Assembly (NCBI GenBank): GCA_050305555.1
Contig: JBNLFN010000052.1
Span: 15,207 to 79,206, forward strand
DNA from: Desulfobacteraceae bacterium
GTDB taxonomy: Bacteria > Desulfobacterota > Desulfobacteria > Desulfobacterales > Desulfosarcinaceae
Length of the DNA: 64,000 nt
Direction: 5' to 3'
The translations under genes and the position numbers were made by a program. Below, piece after piece: positions 56,791 through 64,000 of the stretch. How positions within the stretch are numbered: the stretch's first letter is position 1; every line of letters starts with the position of its first letter. The notes under the pieces are model-generated. The model was not told the DNA's origin. It did not search any database and was given only the letters and a program-made list of their open reading frames with translations.

Positions 56791-57733
56791 ATTAGAGCAC
56801 CGCTTGGAAATAGCCCGTACCCTTTCCTGGGAGAACTTGGGCAAACGCATCACCTTCTATCTGCCGGGCATGTTTCAGCTCAATGGCCATACCGGGCGCT
56901 ATCCCGCGCTCTCCATCACGGGTGCGGATTGCGCTCTGCAATGCGACCATTGCCAGGGCAAGATATTATCCGGCATGGTCTCTGCCACCACACCGGATGA
57001 CTTGGTTGCCAAATGCCGGCGACTGGCCCGAAAAGGTCATTTGGGCGTATTGATCAGTGGGGGCTGCGATGCGCAGGGCCGCATGCCATGGAAAGACTTT
57101 TTTCCGGCGATTGTCGCCGTCAAACAGAGCACCGGGCTGTTTGTTTCCGTTCATTGCGGCCTGGTGGACCCGGCCACGGCAGACCAGCTCAAACAAGCCG
57201 GCGTGGATCAAGCACTGATCGATGTCATTGGCGATGACGCCACCTTTCAGACCATCTACCATGTCCCGTTTGGGGTAGAGCGCATCGCTTCGGCCATGGC
57301 GGCCTTAGCCGCAGCGCAAATCCCCATGGTGCCGCACATCGTTTGCGGCATTGGCTACGGCCAAATCCAGGGTGAATACAAAGCCGTGGAGATGATTTCC
57401 CGATTTGATATTGCCCAGCTGGTGGTTGTCGCGTTGATGCGTATTCCGGGCACACCCGCTGCCAGTGCCGCACCTCCGCAAGCTGAACAGGTCGCCGATA
57501 TTATCGCTGAAGCCCGTATGCAGATGCCTGAGACACCCATCAGTTTGGGCTGCGCGCGTCAACGCGGTAACACGCTCTTGGAAGAGTTGGCCATCGATGC
57601 CGGTATCAACCGTATGGCGCTGCCATCGGAAGAGGCCCTGGCACGGGCCAAGGGCTATGGATTGGAGATGCAATTCCAACCCACATGCTGTTCGGTGACG
57701 GACAGTTACACTACGGCGGGGTGGCATGGATAG
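56783..57733 (+). CDS. radical SAM protein, LipS1/LipS2-type lipoyl synthase candidate
   Basis: SITGADCALQCDHCQG (CxxxCxxC), LISGGCD, C-terminal ..QPTCCSV. Overlaps the previous gene by 8 nt. Confidence 0.75.
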   Translation: MGKLEHRLEIARTLSWENLGKRITFYLPGMFQLNGHTGRYPALSITGADCALQCDHCQGKILSGMVSATTPDDLVAKCRRLARKGHLGVLISGGCDAQGRMPWKDFFPAIVAVKQSTGLFVSVHCGLVDPATADQLKQAGVDQALIDVIGDDATFQTIYHVPFGVERIASAMAALAAAQIPMVPHIVCGIGYGQIQGEYKAVEMISRFDIAQLVVVALMRIPGTPAASAAPPQAEQVADIIAEARMQMPETPISLGCARQRGNTLLEELAIDAGINRMALPSEEALARAKGYGLEMQFQPTCCSVTDSYTTAGWHG

Positions 57734-57838
57734 ACCGATCTGATGGTGTTGGCCAAATGGCGGCATTGTTCCATTTGGCTTTGTCGGTATGGACCCAAAA
57801 GCCATGGCAGGCCTAATGCCTGCAGAAGATGAGGGGGT

Positions 57839-58936
57839 ATGGAAGATAATAATTGTAAGAAAACCCAGGAGAGTCCGGAATATTTGCGCATGAGTTTGGC
57901 GGCGGCCATGACCTTGGGATTTAAACCCGGGCTGTTTTACCGCGGCGCCAAGCTATATTGCATCAACCTGCTATTGAATTACAACAGTGGGTGTGCTGCG
58001 CGTTGCGCCTATTGCGGACTTTCCAAGAAACGTGAGGGGCAATACAGCGAAAAAAGTTTTATTCGCGTGACCTGGCCCACCTATGCCCTGGACGATATTA
58101 TTGCGCGTATTTCCCGGCGTCTCAACCGGGTCAAACGCATCTGCATCTCCATGATTACCAATACGCGGGCCATCGCCGATACCCGGGACATTTGCGCCAG
58201 GCTGCGGGCCGGGTTTGATGTGCCCGTTTCAGTTTTGGTCTCTCCCACCATTGTTTCACGTCAGGATCTGCTCTCCTTTAAAGCGGCGGGGGCTGACAAA
58301 CTCGGGGTGGCCATTGACCTGGCGACACCCGAATTGTTTGAACAATATCGCGGAAAAGGTGTGGGCGGCCCCCATCAGTGGGATCGCTACATGGCGTGCC
58401 TGAGCTCGGCCATTGAGATTTTCGGCCATCACAATGCAGGTGCCCATTTGGTTACCGGGATGGGCGAGAGTGAAAAACAGATGGTGGAGATTATCCAGCG
58501 GGTACAAAACATGGGCGGCTGGACCCATCTGTTTTCCTTCTTTCCGGAAGCCGAATCCCAGATGAAGGATCATCCCATGCCGGATATGGCTCACTATCGC
58601 CGCATTCAACTGGCCCGGTTCCTTATCGACGAGAACATATCCCACGCCCGGCAGTTCGCCTATGACCCACATGAGCGCATCGTTGATTTTGGTATTCGGC
58701 CCCAACGGCTGGCAGCTGTGATCGACAGCGGCGAACCGTTTCGCACCAGCGGATGTGAAGGCTATGACGGTGAAGTGGCCTGCAACCGGCCATATGCCAA
58801 TTCGCGTCCAGGGCCGGATATTCGAAATTTTCCCTTTGCTCCCGATTCAGCGGACATTGAGCGTGTTCGGCGGCAAATGGGGCTGGCGGCATCGGTGGAT
58901 AAAAAATCAAACGAAAAAAAGAAATTAGCATCATGA
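57839..58936 (+). CDS. radical SAM protein, LipS1/LipS2-type lipoyl synthase candidate (biotin-synthase-like)
   Basis: NYNSGCAARCAYCGLS (CxxxCxxC), and later SGCEGYDGEVACNRPYAN as extra Cys ligand candidates. Confidence 0.75.
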   Translation: MEDNNCKKTQESPEYLRMSLAAAMTLGFKPGLFYRGAKLYCINLLLNYNSGCAARCAYCGLSKKREGQYSEKSFIRVTWPTYALDDIIARISRRLNRVKRICISMITNTRAIADTRDICARLRAGFDVPVSVLVSPTIVSRQDLLSFKAAGADKLGVAIDLATPELFEQYRGKGVGGPHQWDRYMACLSSAIEIFGHHNAGAHLVTGMGESEKQMVEIIQRVQNMGGWTHLFSFFPEAESQMKDHPMPDMAHYRRIQLARFLIDENISHARQFAYDPHERIVDFGIRPQRLAAVIDSGEPFRTSGCEGYDGEVACNRPYANSRPGPDIRNFPFAPDSADIERVRRQMGLAASVDKKSNEKKKLAS

Positions 58937-58955
58937 GTCAATCTATCCATAGTAT

Positions 58956-58971
58956 TGGTACATGTTTTGCA
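58956..58971 (+). promoter_or_regulatory. sigma-54 promoter candidate for the TRAP operon
   Basis: TGGTAC-ATGTT-TTGCA with correct spacing, 287 nt upstream of the ATG at 59258. Confidence 0.55.
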
Positions 58972-59187
58972 TTATTTACTGGGTAGGAATGAGGCCTCAC
59001 ACAATGCAATAGCTCGCGAGTGGCCGCAACATGTTGTTTAACGTGTAATTGCGGGCTGTTGCGTGAAGTTTGAATGAGCGTGCGTTACGGCGGTTGCATC
59101 GAAAAATTCAAATCATACGGGAGCTTAAAGGCGCATTCTTTTTGGACGATGCGAATTTCCAGATCGAGACTGCGCGAAAGTTCAAAT

Positions 59188-59198
59188 TGGTATTACCA
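59188..59198. promoter_or_regulatory. palindromic TGGTATTACCA box (candidate FadR/GntR operator)
   Basis: A 5-N-5 palindrome within AAATTGGTATTACCATTTAA, between the sigma-54 promoter and the dctP-like start. Confidence 0.45.
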
Positions 59199-59257
59199 TT
59201 TAACCTGCGTTGTGTGATTGAGGTGTCGAACCACCCTAAACCTAAAGGAGGCAGTAT

Positions 59258-60343
59258 ATGAGAAGAAGCACGATGATGAAAATGTTATTCGCTTTGTTTG
59301 CAGTGATGTTCATCCTCACCGCAACACCGGCCATGGCTGCTAAAGATAAACCCGTCTTGTTGAAGGTGCCTGTCACGTTTTCCACGGCGCTTCCCGGGCT
59401 TGGCGATGGCATTCTTTACATTTCCAACAATATCGCCGAAGTCAGCGGGAACAGTATCAAAATGAAGGTCTATGAGCCCAAAAAACTGATCGCGCCGTTT
59501 GAAATCCTGGACTCCGTATCCAAGGGCAAGATCAATGCGGGTTACTCAGTGGCCGGCTATTGGACCGGAAAGATACCCGCAGCGCCGTTGTTCTCCGCCG
59601 TGCCTTTTGGACCGGAAGCCGGCGAGTACCTGGCGTGGTTTTACTATGGCAACGGGATGAAACTTTACCAGGAGATGTACGATCAAGCGGGATTTAATGT
59701 AAAAGTATTGCTGGCTGCCATCATCGCCCCGGAGACCTCCGGCTGGTTCAAAAATCCGATCACCAGCAAAGACCAACTCCAAGGAATGCGCATGCGCTTT
59801 TTCGGTCTCGGCGGTGCGGCCATGCAGAAGCTCGGGGTTCAAACCAGTTTGCTTCCCGGCGGCGAGATTTTTCCGGCCTTGGAAAAGAACGCCATCGATG
59901 CCACTGAATTTTCCATGCCGGCCATCGACCAGCGCCTGGGTTTTTATAAAGTCGTGAAGTACAACTATTTTCCGGGTTGGCATCAGCAAGCCACCACCTG
60001 TGAGCTGCTGATCAACAAGGATACCTGGAACAAGATGAGCGATCATCAGAAAAAGGTCCTGGAAGTGACCGCCAAGGCGTCCGTGGCTGACAGCTTTGCC
60101 CACACCGAGGCCATCCAGGGCAAGGTGATTCGTGAAAATGCTACCAAGCGCGGTGTTAAAAACATGTATTGGTCCCAAGATATGCTGGATACCTTTAAGG
60201 CGGCATGGCAAGATGTCGCAAAGGAACAAGCCGCCAAGGATGCCTTTTTCAAAAAGGTCTGGGATGATTTTTCCGCTTTCCATAAGGATTATGCGTATTG
60301 GGCATCGCTCGGGTTTTTACCGCGTCCTGCCCCCCCCAAATAA
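59258..60343 (+). CDS. dctP: TRAP transporter solute-binding protein (COG4663-like DctP family)
   Basis: Signal peptide ..TATPAMAAKDK, then a DctP-type fold with GYWTGKIPAAPLFSAVPFG and RMRFFGLGG motifs. AAAGGAGG RBS. Confidence 0.85.
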   Translation: MRRSTMMKMLFALFAVMFILTATPAMAAKDKPVLLKVPVTFSTALPGLGDGILYISNNIAEVSGNSIKMKVYEPKKLIAPFEILDSVSKGKINAGYSVAGYWTGKIPAAPLFSAVPFGPEAGEYLAWFYYGNGMKLYQEMYDQAGFNVKVLLAAIIAPETSGWFKNPITSKDQLQGMRMRFFGLGGAAMQKLGVQTSLLPGGEIFPALEKNAIDATEFSMPAIDQRLGFYKVVKYNYFPGWHQQATTCELLINKDTWNKMSDHQKKVLEVTAKASVADSFAHTEAIQGKVIRENATKRGVKNMYWSQDMLDTFKAAWQDVAKEQAAKDAFFKKVWDDFSAFHKDYAYWASLGFLPRPAPPK

Positions 60344-60384
60344 TCATCAAAGCTTAAGTATTCATTCGTGATGCGCTCCCACAT

Positions 60385-60412
60385 CCCCCTCTCCCCCCTG
60401 AGGGAGAGGGGG
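60385..60412 (+). other. intercistronic GC hairpin between dctP and dctQ
   Basis: CCCCCTCTCCC-ccctga-GGGAGAGGGGG, a perfect 11-bp stem. Confidence 0.6.
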
Positions 60413-60434
60413 CAGGGAGCAAGGAAGGAATAAC

Positions 60435-60983
60435 ATGGATCAAGAGACGACAACGGCACCTAAATTCTGCGTGGTGATGGACGAGACCATCCGGCGGATC
60501 GGGCGCACCTTTGCGTGGCTCAATACCATCCTGGTTGGAGTGATCATTGTTCAGGTGTTTCTGCGCTATGTGATGGGAATGGGTCTGGTGGTCCTGGAAG
60601 AGTTGCAATGGCATCTTTACGCCGTCGGGATTATTTACGGGCTTTCCTATTGCGTGGTCCAGAATTCTCACATTCGTTTGGACCTTTTGCACGCCAACTT
60701 CAGTCAACGAAACAAGGAATGGGTTGAGCTTTTTGGAAATATGCTGCTCCTGAGTCCCATCGTCATTATCATTCTCATCCATGGCTGGAGTTTTCTTGTT
60801 GATTCATGGGTTATTAGAGAAAGATCGGACTCTCCCCTCGGGCTTCCGGCCCGTTACTTTATCAAATCATTCCTGGTAACAGGGTTCGGCCTTCTGGCGT
60901 TGGCCGTCATATCAAGAATGGTCAGGAGTGTCGCCTATTTACTAAGCCACAACAAACCGGAGAAACACAGCGATGCTGATTAA
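60435..60983 (+). CDS. dctQ: TRAP transporter small permease
   Basis: 182 aa with four TM segments and a DctQ-like N-terminal motif (..LNTILVGVIIVQVFLRYV). Overlaps dctM by 11 nt. Confidence 0.8.
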   Translation: MDQETTTAPKFCVVMDETIRRIGRTFAWLNTILVGVIIVQVFLRYVMGMGLVVLEELQWHLYAVGIIYGLSYCVVQNSHIRLDLLHANFSQRNKEWVELFGNMLLLSPIVIIILIHGWSFLVDSWVIRERSDSPLGLPARYFIKSFLVTGFGLLALAVISRMVRSVAYLLSHNKPEKHSDAD

Positions 60984-62361
60984 TGATTATCTCGTTATAG
61001 CCATGTTCCTGACCTTCATTCTCCTGCTCTTTACCGGCTATCCCATTCCCTTTGTTCTGGCCGGAGTGGCGGCCATTTTCACCCTGGTGGGTTATCTGGC
61101 GGACATTTATCTGGGCGCATTTACCGGGCTGGATTTCATGTATGTGGGGATGGTGGTCAACCGGATTTACAAATTAATGGACAACTGGGTGCTGGTTGCG
61201 GTGCCCATGTTTATCTTCATGGGGTTGATGCTGGACCGCTCGGGTGTGGCCGAAAAGATGATGAGCCGCATGCAGGCCCTTTTCGGACCTGTACGCGGCG
61301 GATTGGCCGTGGCCGTCACCGTTATCGGTATCGTCCTGGCCGCCTCCACCGGCATCATCGGCGCATCCGTGGTGCTGCTGGGCCTGCTTTCCATTCCGGC
61401 CATGCTCAAGCAGGGCTACTCCAAGGCCCTGGCCACCGGCACCGTCTGCGGCGCCGGCACCCTGGGCATCCTGATTCCGCCCAGCATCATGCTGGTGATC
61501 ATGGCGGATCAATTGGGACTTTCGGTGGGCGACCTGTTTATGGGGGCCGTCATTCCCGGCGTCATCCTGGGGACCCTTTACCTGGTTTATATCATTGGTT
61601 TCTGTGCTCTTAATCCAAAGGCCGCTCCGCTGGATCCCAACAGACCGCCCCTTCGTTTCAAGATGGTCTGGGATGTGTTTTTGACGATTTTGCCCACGGC
61701 AGCGCTGATTTTTGCGGTTTTGGGTTCCATTTTCATGGGCGTCACCACCCCCACCGAAGCCAGTGGCGTCGGCGCGCTGGGTGCCACGATTCTGGCGGCT
61801 GTGAACAAACGTTTCAACTGGAAGGTCCTCAAGGAGGTCACCTTCGCTACGTTCAACACCAACGGCTATATTTTCGGTATCTTTATCGGCGCCACCTGTT
61901 TCGCCCTGGTACTGCGGGGGATGGGTGGCGATGAACTGATCGAACGGGCGCTCACCGGGCTTCCCCTGGGGCCTTATGGCGTGATGGCCGTGATTTTAGG
62001 CGCGGTTTTCCTGCTGGGATTTTTTCTGGACTGGATCGAAATCACTCTGATTGTGCTCCCCCTGCTTGCGCCGGTGGTTAAAAGTCTTGGTGTTGAGATC
62101 GATGGTTACGGGGTGATTGATAACCCCTCCCTGATCTGGTTCTGTATATTGGTGGCGGTGAGCTTGCAGACATCTTTTCTGACCCCCCCTGTGGGATTTG
62201 CCATCTTCTACTTAAAGGGCGTGGCCCCCAAAGAGGTGGTGCTGTTGGACATTTACAAAGGGGTGGTTCCCTTTATCATCCTGCAGCTGATCGGCCTGCT
62301 CATCGTGGCCATTTTTCCGCAATTGGTGATTTGGCTGCCGGCGGTTGCCTATGGAAATTGA
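60973..62361 (+). CDS. dctM: TRAP transporter large permease
   Basis: 462 aa, about 12 or more TM segments, with a DctM-like glycine-rich helix pattern. Confidence 0.9.
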   Translation: MLINDYLVIAMFLTFILLLFTGYPIPFVLAGVAAIFTLVGYLADIYLGAFTGLDFMYVGMVVNRIYKLMDNWVLVAVPMFIFMGLMLDRSGVAEKMMSRMQALFGPVRGGLAVAVTVIGIVLAASTGIIGASVVLLGLLSIPAMLKQGYSKALATGTVCGAGTLGILIPPSIMLVIMADQLGLSVGDLFMGAVIPGVILGTLYLVYIIGFCALNPKAAPLDPNRPPLRFKMVWDVFLTILPTAALIFAVLGSIFMGVTTPTEASGVGALGATILAAVNKRFNWKVLKEVTFATFNTNGYIFGIFIGATCFALVLRGMGGDELIERALTGLPLGPYGVMAVILGAVFLLGFFLDWIEITLIVLPLLAPVVKSLGVEIDGYGVIDNPSLIWFCILVAVSLQTSFLTPPVGFAIFYLKGVAPKEVVLLDIYKGVVPFIILQLIGLLIVAIFPQLVIWLPAVAYGN

Positions 62362-62485
62362 TAATCTACAAACCGGTTTTTGCGGCGACCCGATCCAATA
62401 AAAAAAGGACCGGGCCGCTGATAAAAGCGTTTTTATTTTGCCCAAGGGTCTCCTCAAATCAATATCCCCTCTCCTTGGGTAATTT

Positions 62486-62510
62486 GGGCGATCTTCGGAT
62501 CGCCCTTTTC
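62486..62510 (+). terminator. rho-independent terminator of the TRAP operon
   Basis: GGGCGATC-TTCG-GATCGCCC followed by TTTTCTTT. Confidence 0.7.
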
Positions 62511-62674
62511 TTTGTGCTCAAAGCGCTGTTTGCCCGTAAGCGTCTTAAAAAACGGACACGCCCTTCAAATCATCGGTTCACTGTCTTCATCGTAGAGGCT
62601 TGCTAAACTCTCTTTTTCATGTAGTTTTTTTGCCATGGGGCCGCTTTGTCAGCGGGGTGTTCATTGCCCGCGTC

Positions 62675-62702
62675 TTTATAATCTAATGCATTAGATTATA
62701 AA
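62675..62702. promoter_or_regulatory. perfect 28-bp palindrome TTTATAATCTAATG|CATTAGATTATAAA
   Basis: 14+14 nt with no spacer and no mismatch. TTGACA lies immediately to its right (62704..62709). Function unknown. Confidence 0.5.
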
Positions 62703-62848
62703 TTTGACAATAAATCCGCTAGTTATTTTTATTTGTCCCTTAGAGTCTTAAAAATCGGACAAATCCGGAAAAAAAGACAAATCAACTGTTGCTCAGATCC
62801 ACACATCCATAACAGCCGGCGAGGCAGATCGTTATATTAAAGGTATTA

Positions 62849-62859
62849 TGGTAGTACCA
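62849..62859. promoter_or_regulatory. third TGGTAGTACCA box, orphan position
   Basis: Identical 11-mer to 47426..47436 within ATTATGGTAGTACCAATTAT. It lies between two convergent gene ends. Confidence 0.35.
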
Positions 62860-62966
62860 ATTATTGTATCATAGCCCTGCATTCCTGCTGTGGATATGGC
62901 CTGGGTGATCTGTCCCTATGGCCGGAATGGGTTTGCGGCGATATTGAATTTTCATGGCGGTTCAGT

Positions 62967-64000
62967 TCACCGGGGTTTAAATTTAACATCGTGTCGTTTG
63001 AGCAGGGCATAGAAGTGGGACCGTGACAATTTGGATATATCCAAAATTGTATTGACGTCGCCGTTGGATTGTTTGATCAAGTGCGTTAGATAGACCTTTT
63101 CCATTTGATGTTTGAAATTTTTAATGGAGGGCATGGGATCTTGCAGAAGCACGGTTGGATCTATGGGGTCGATTGCCGGCGGGGGGGCTGCTTTTTGACG
63201 GGTCTCGCCTGATTTGGGGGAGGCGCCGTCAAGCATGCTGCGGGCCACCTTTATACGAATATCGGAAGGGATGTGCATGGCGAACATGGTCATTTCATCA
63301 CCGGCAGCCACAAAGGCTTGTTCCAGAGAGTGAAACAATTCGCGTACATTGCCCGGCCAGTTGTAGCTGGTGATGGTATCCATAAAATCAGCATCGATCC
63401 CCTTGGAGCTGATTTGCGCCCTTTCGCTCAAATAATTGATATAGTAGACCGTCAACGCTTTGATATCGTCGACGCGCTGGCGCAAGGGGGGTAGGTTCAA
63501 CGAGATGGATTTAAGGCGATAATAGAGATCTTCGCGAAAGCGCCCCTGCTCGACCATTTTGGAAAGATCGCGGTTGGTAGCTGCTATCAGGCGAAAATCA
63601 CTGGAGATTTCCTTGCGCGCACCCACCGGACGGAAATTGCGCTCCTGCAGCACCCGTAAAAATATCTTTTGGGCATTGGGGTTGAGCTCGCCGATTTCAT
63701 CCAAAAACAGGGTGCCGCCATCCGCCTGTTTGACCAATCCGCTGCGGTCATGAATGGCGCTGGTAAACGATCCTTTTTTATGGCCGAACAAAATGCTCTC
63801 CATCAGGTGTTCGGGCAGGGCGGCGCAATCCACCACCACAAAGGGGTTGTTTTGGCGTGGGCTGTTGCTGTGAATGGTGCGTGCAAACAACTCTTTGCCG
63901 GTACCGGTTTCGCCATTGATCAGGACGCTGAAACTGCTTTCTGCAGCCTTAGCCACCATATCGAAGCATTTACGCATGGCCGGGCTGTTCCCGATGACGC
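62967..64000 (-). CDS. sigma-54-dependent transcriptional activator, C-terminal part (gene continues past right edge)
   Basis: GNSPAMRK.., GETGTGKELFARTIH, ESILFGHKKGSFTSA, GGTLFLDEIGEL, NVRELFH, C-terminal HTH ..NGDVNTILDISKLSRSHFYALLKRH. The frame is open to position 64000. Confidence 0.85.
   Translation of the reverse strand, partial: VIGNSPAMRKCFDMVAKAAESSFSVLINGETGTGKELFARTIHSNSPRQNNPFVVVDCAALPEHLMESILFGHKKGSFTSAIHDRSGLVKQADGGTLFLDEIGELNPNAQKIFLRVLQERNFRPVGARKEISSDFRLIAATNRDLSKMVEQGRFREDLYYRLKSISLNLPPLRQRVDDIKALTVYYINYLSERAQISSKGIDADFMDTITSYNWPGNVRELFHSLEQAFVAAGDEMTMFAMHIPSDIRIKVARSMLDGASPKSGETRQKAAPPPAIDPIDPTVLLQDPMPSIKNFKHQMEKVYLTHLIKQSNGDVNTILDISKLSRSHFYALLKRHDVKFKPR

Noticed and set aside
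59546-60283. 245-aa ORF on the minus strand
   Set aside because: Antisense to the TRAP binding-protein gene. Shadow ORF.
62869-62955. 28-codon minus-strand ORF (MKIQYRRKPIPAIGTDHPGHIHSRNAGL) just after the activator stop
   Set aside because: Too short and featureless to call, with no RBS. It is mentioned only in connection with the orphan operator box.
1-64000. Search by eye for rRNA, tRNA, CRISPR arrays and long tandem repeats
   Set aside because: I noticed no T-loop-type GGTTCGAATCC motifs, no regularly spaced direct repeats and no rRNA-like segments. A tRNAscan/Infernal/CRISPR-finder run would be needed to be certain.

Overview
All calls come from reading the sequence and the ORF track. 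No BLAST or HMM search was run, so family names rest on motifs I recognise, and start codons are best guesses.

The window looks like a chromosomal segment of a sulfate-reducer-like Desulfobacterota genome, possibly Desulfobacteraceae-like. That placement is an inference from gene content: many sigma-54 activators and promoters, multihaem cytochromes, HdrD/CCG proteins, DsrE-like proteins, TRAP transporters and IS relics.

Gene content, left to right:
- TRAP solute-binding protein (partial), a LytS/LytTR two-component pair and a glycoside-hydrolase-like lipoprotein.
- IS91 relic, then a small copper-type cluster (SHOCT, YHS, cupredoxin) behind a sigma-54 promoter. The adjacent activator gene survives only as a fragment next to an IS1182-like relic and a mutase fragment.
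- APC-USP permease, a long KamA-type radical SAM gene, and an island of transposase debris around an unusual 4HB-HAMP sensor.
- Thiolase, Hbd, an XRE-cupin regulator and an acyl-CoA dehydrogenase, followed by assorted small genes.
- YajD, NudC and a B12-radical SAM gene.
- A PAS sigma-54 activator facing two sigma-54 promoters that share an upstream site. These drive three DsrE/H-like proteins, a triple-rhodanese lipoprotein, an Otr-family octahaem cytochrome and a cytochrome b.
- A dCache chemoreceptor, two FadR/GntR regulators and LarA.
- An 11.4-kb operon: decahaem cytochrome c fused to a NarI-type cytochrome b, GlcD/GlcF-like D-lactate dehydrogenase, a GcvH-like lipoyl carrier, an HdrD-like protein, OsmC, an LplA-DUF116 ligase, a geranylgeranyl-reductase-like flavoprotein and two LipS-type radical SAM proteins.
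- A TRAP transporter and a partial sigma-54 activator.

The candidate novel system is that operon (47.2-58.9 kb). It appears to use a lipoylated GcvH-like protein as a dithiol/disulfide hub, served by CCG proteins and a transmembrane haem conduit.

No rRNA, tRNA or CRISPR array was seen by eye.
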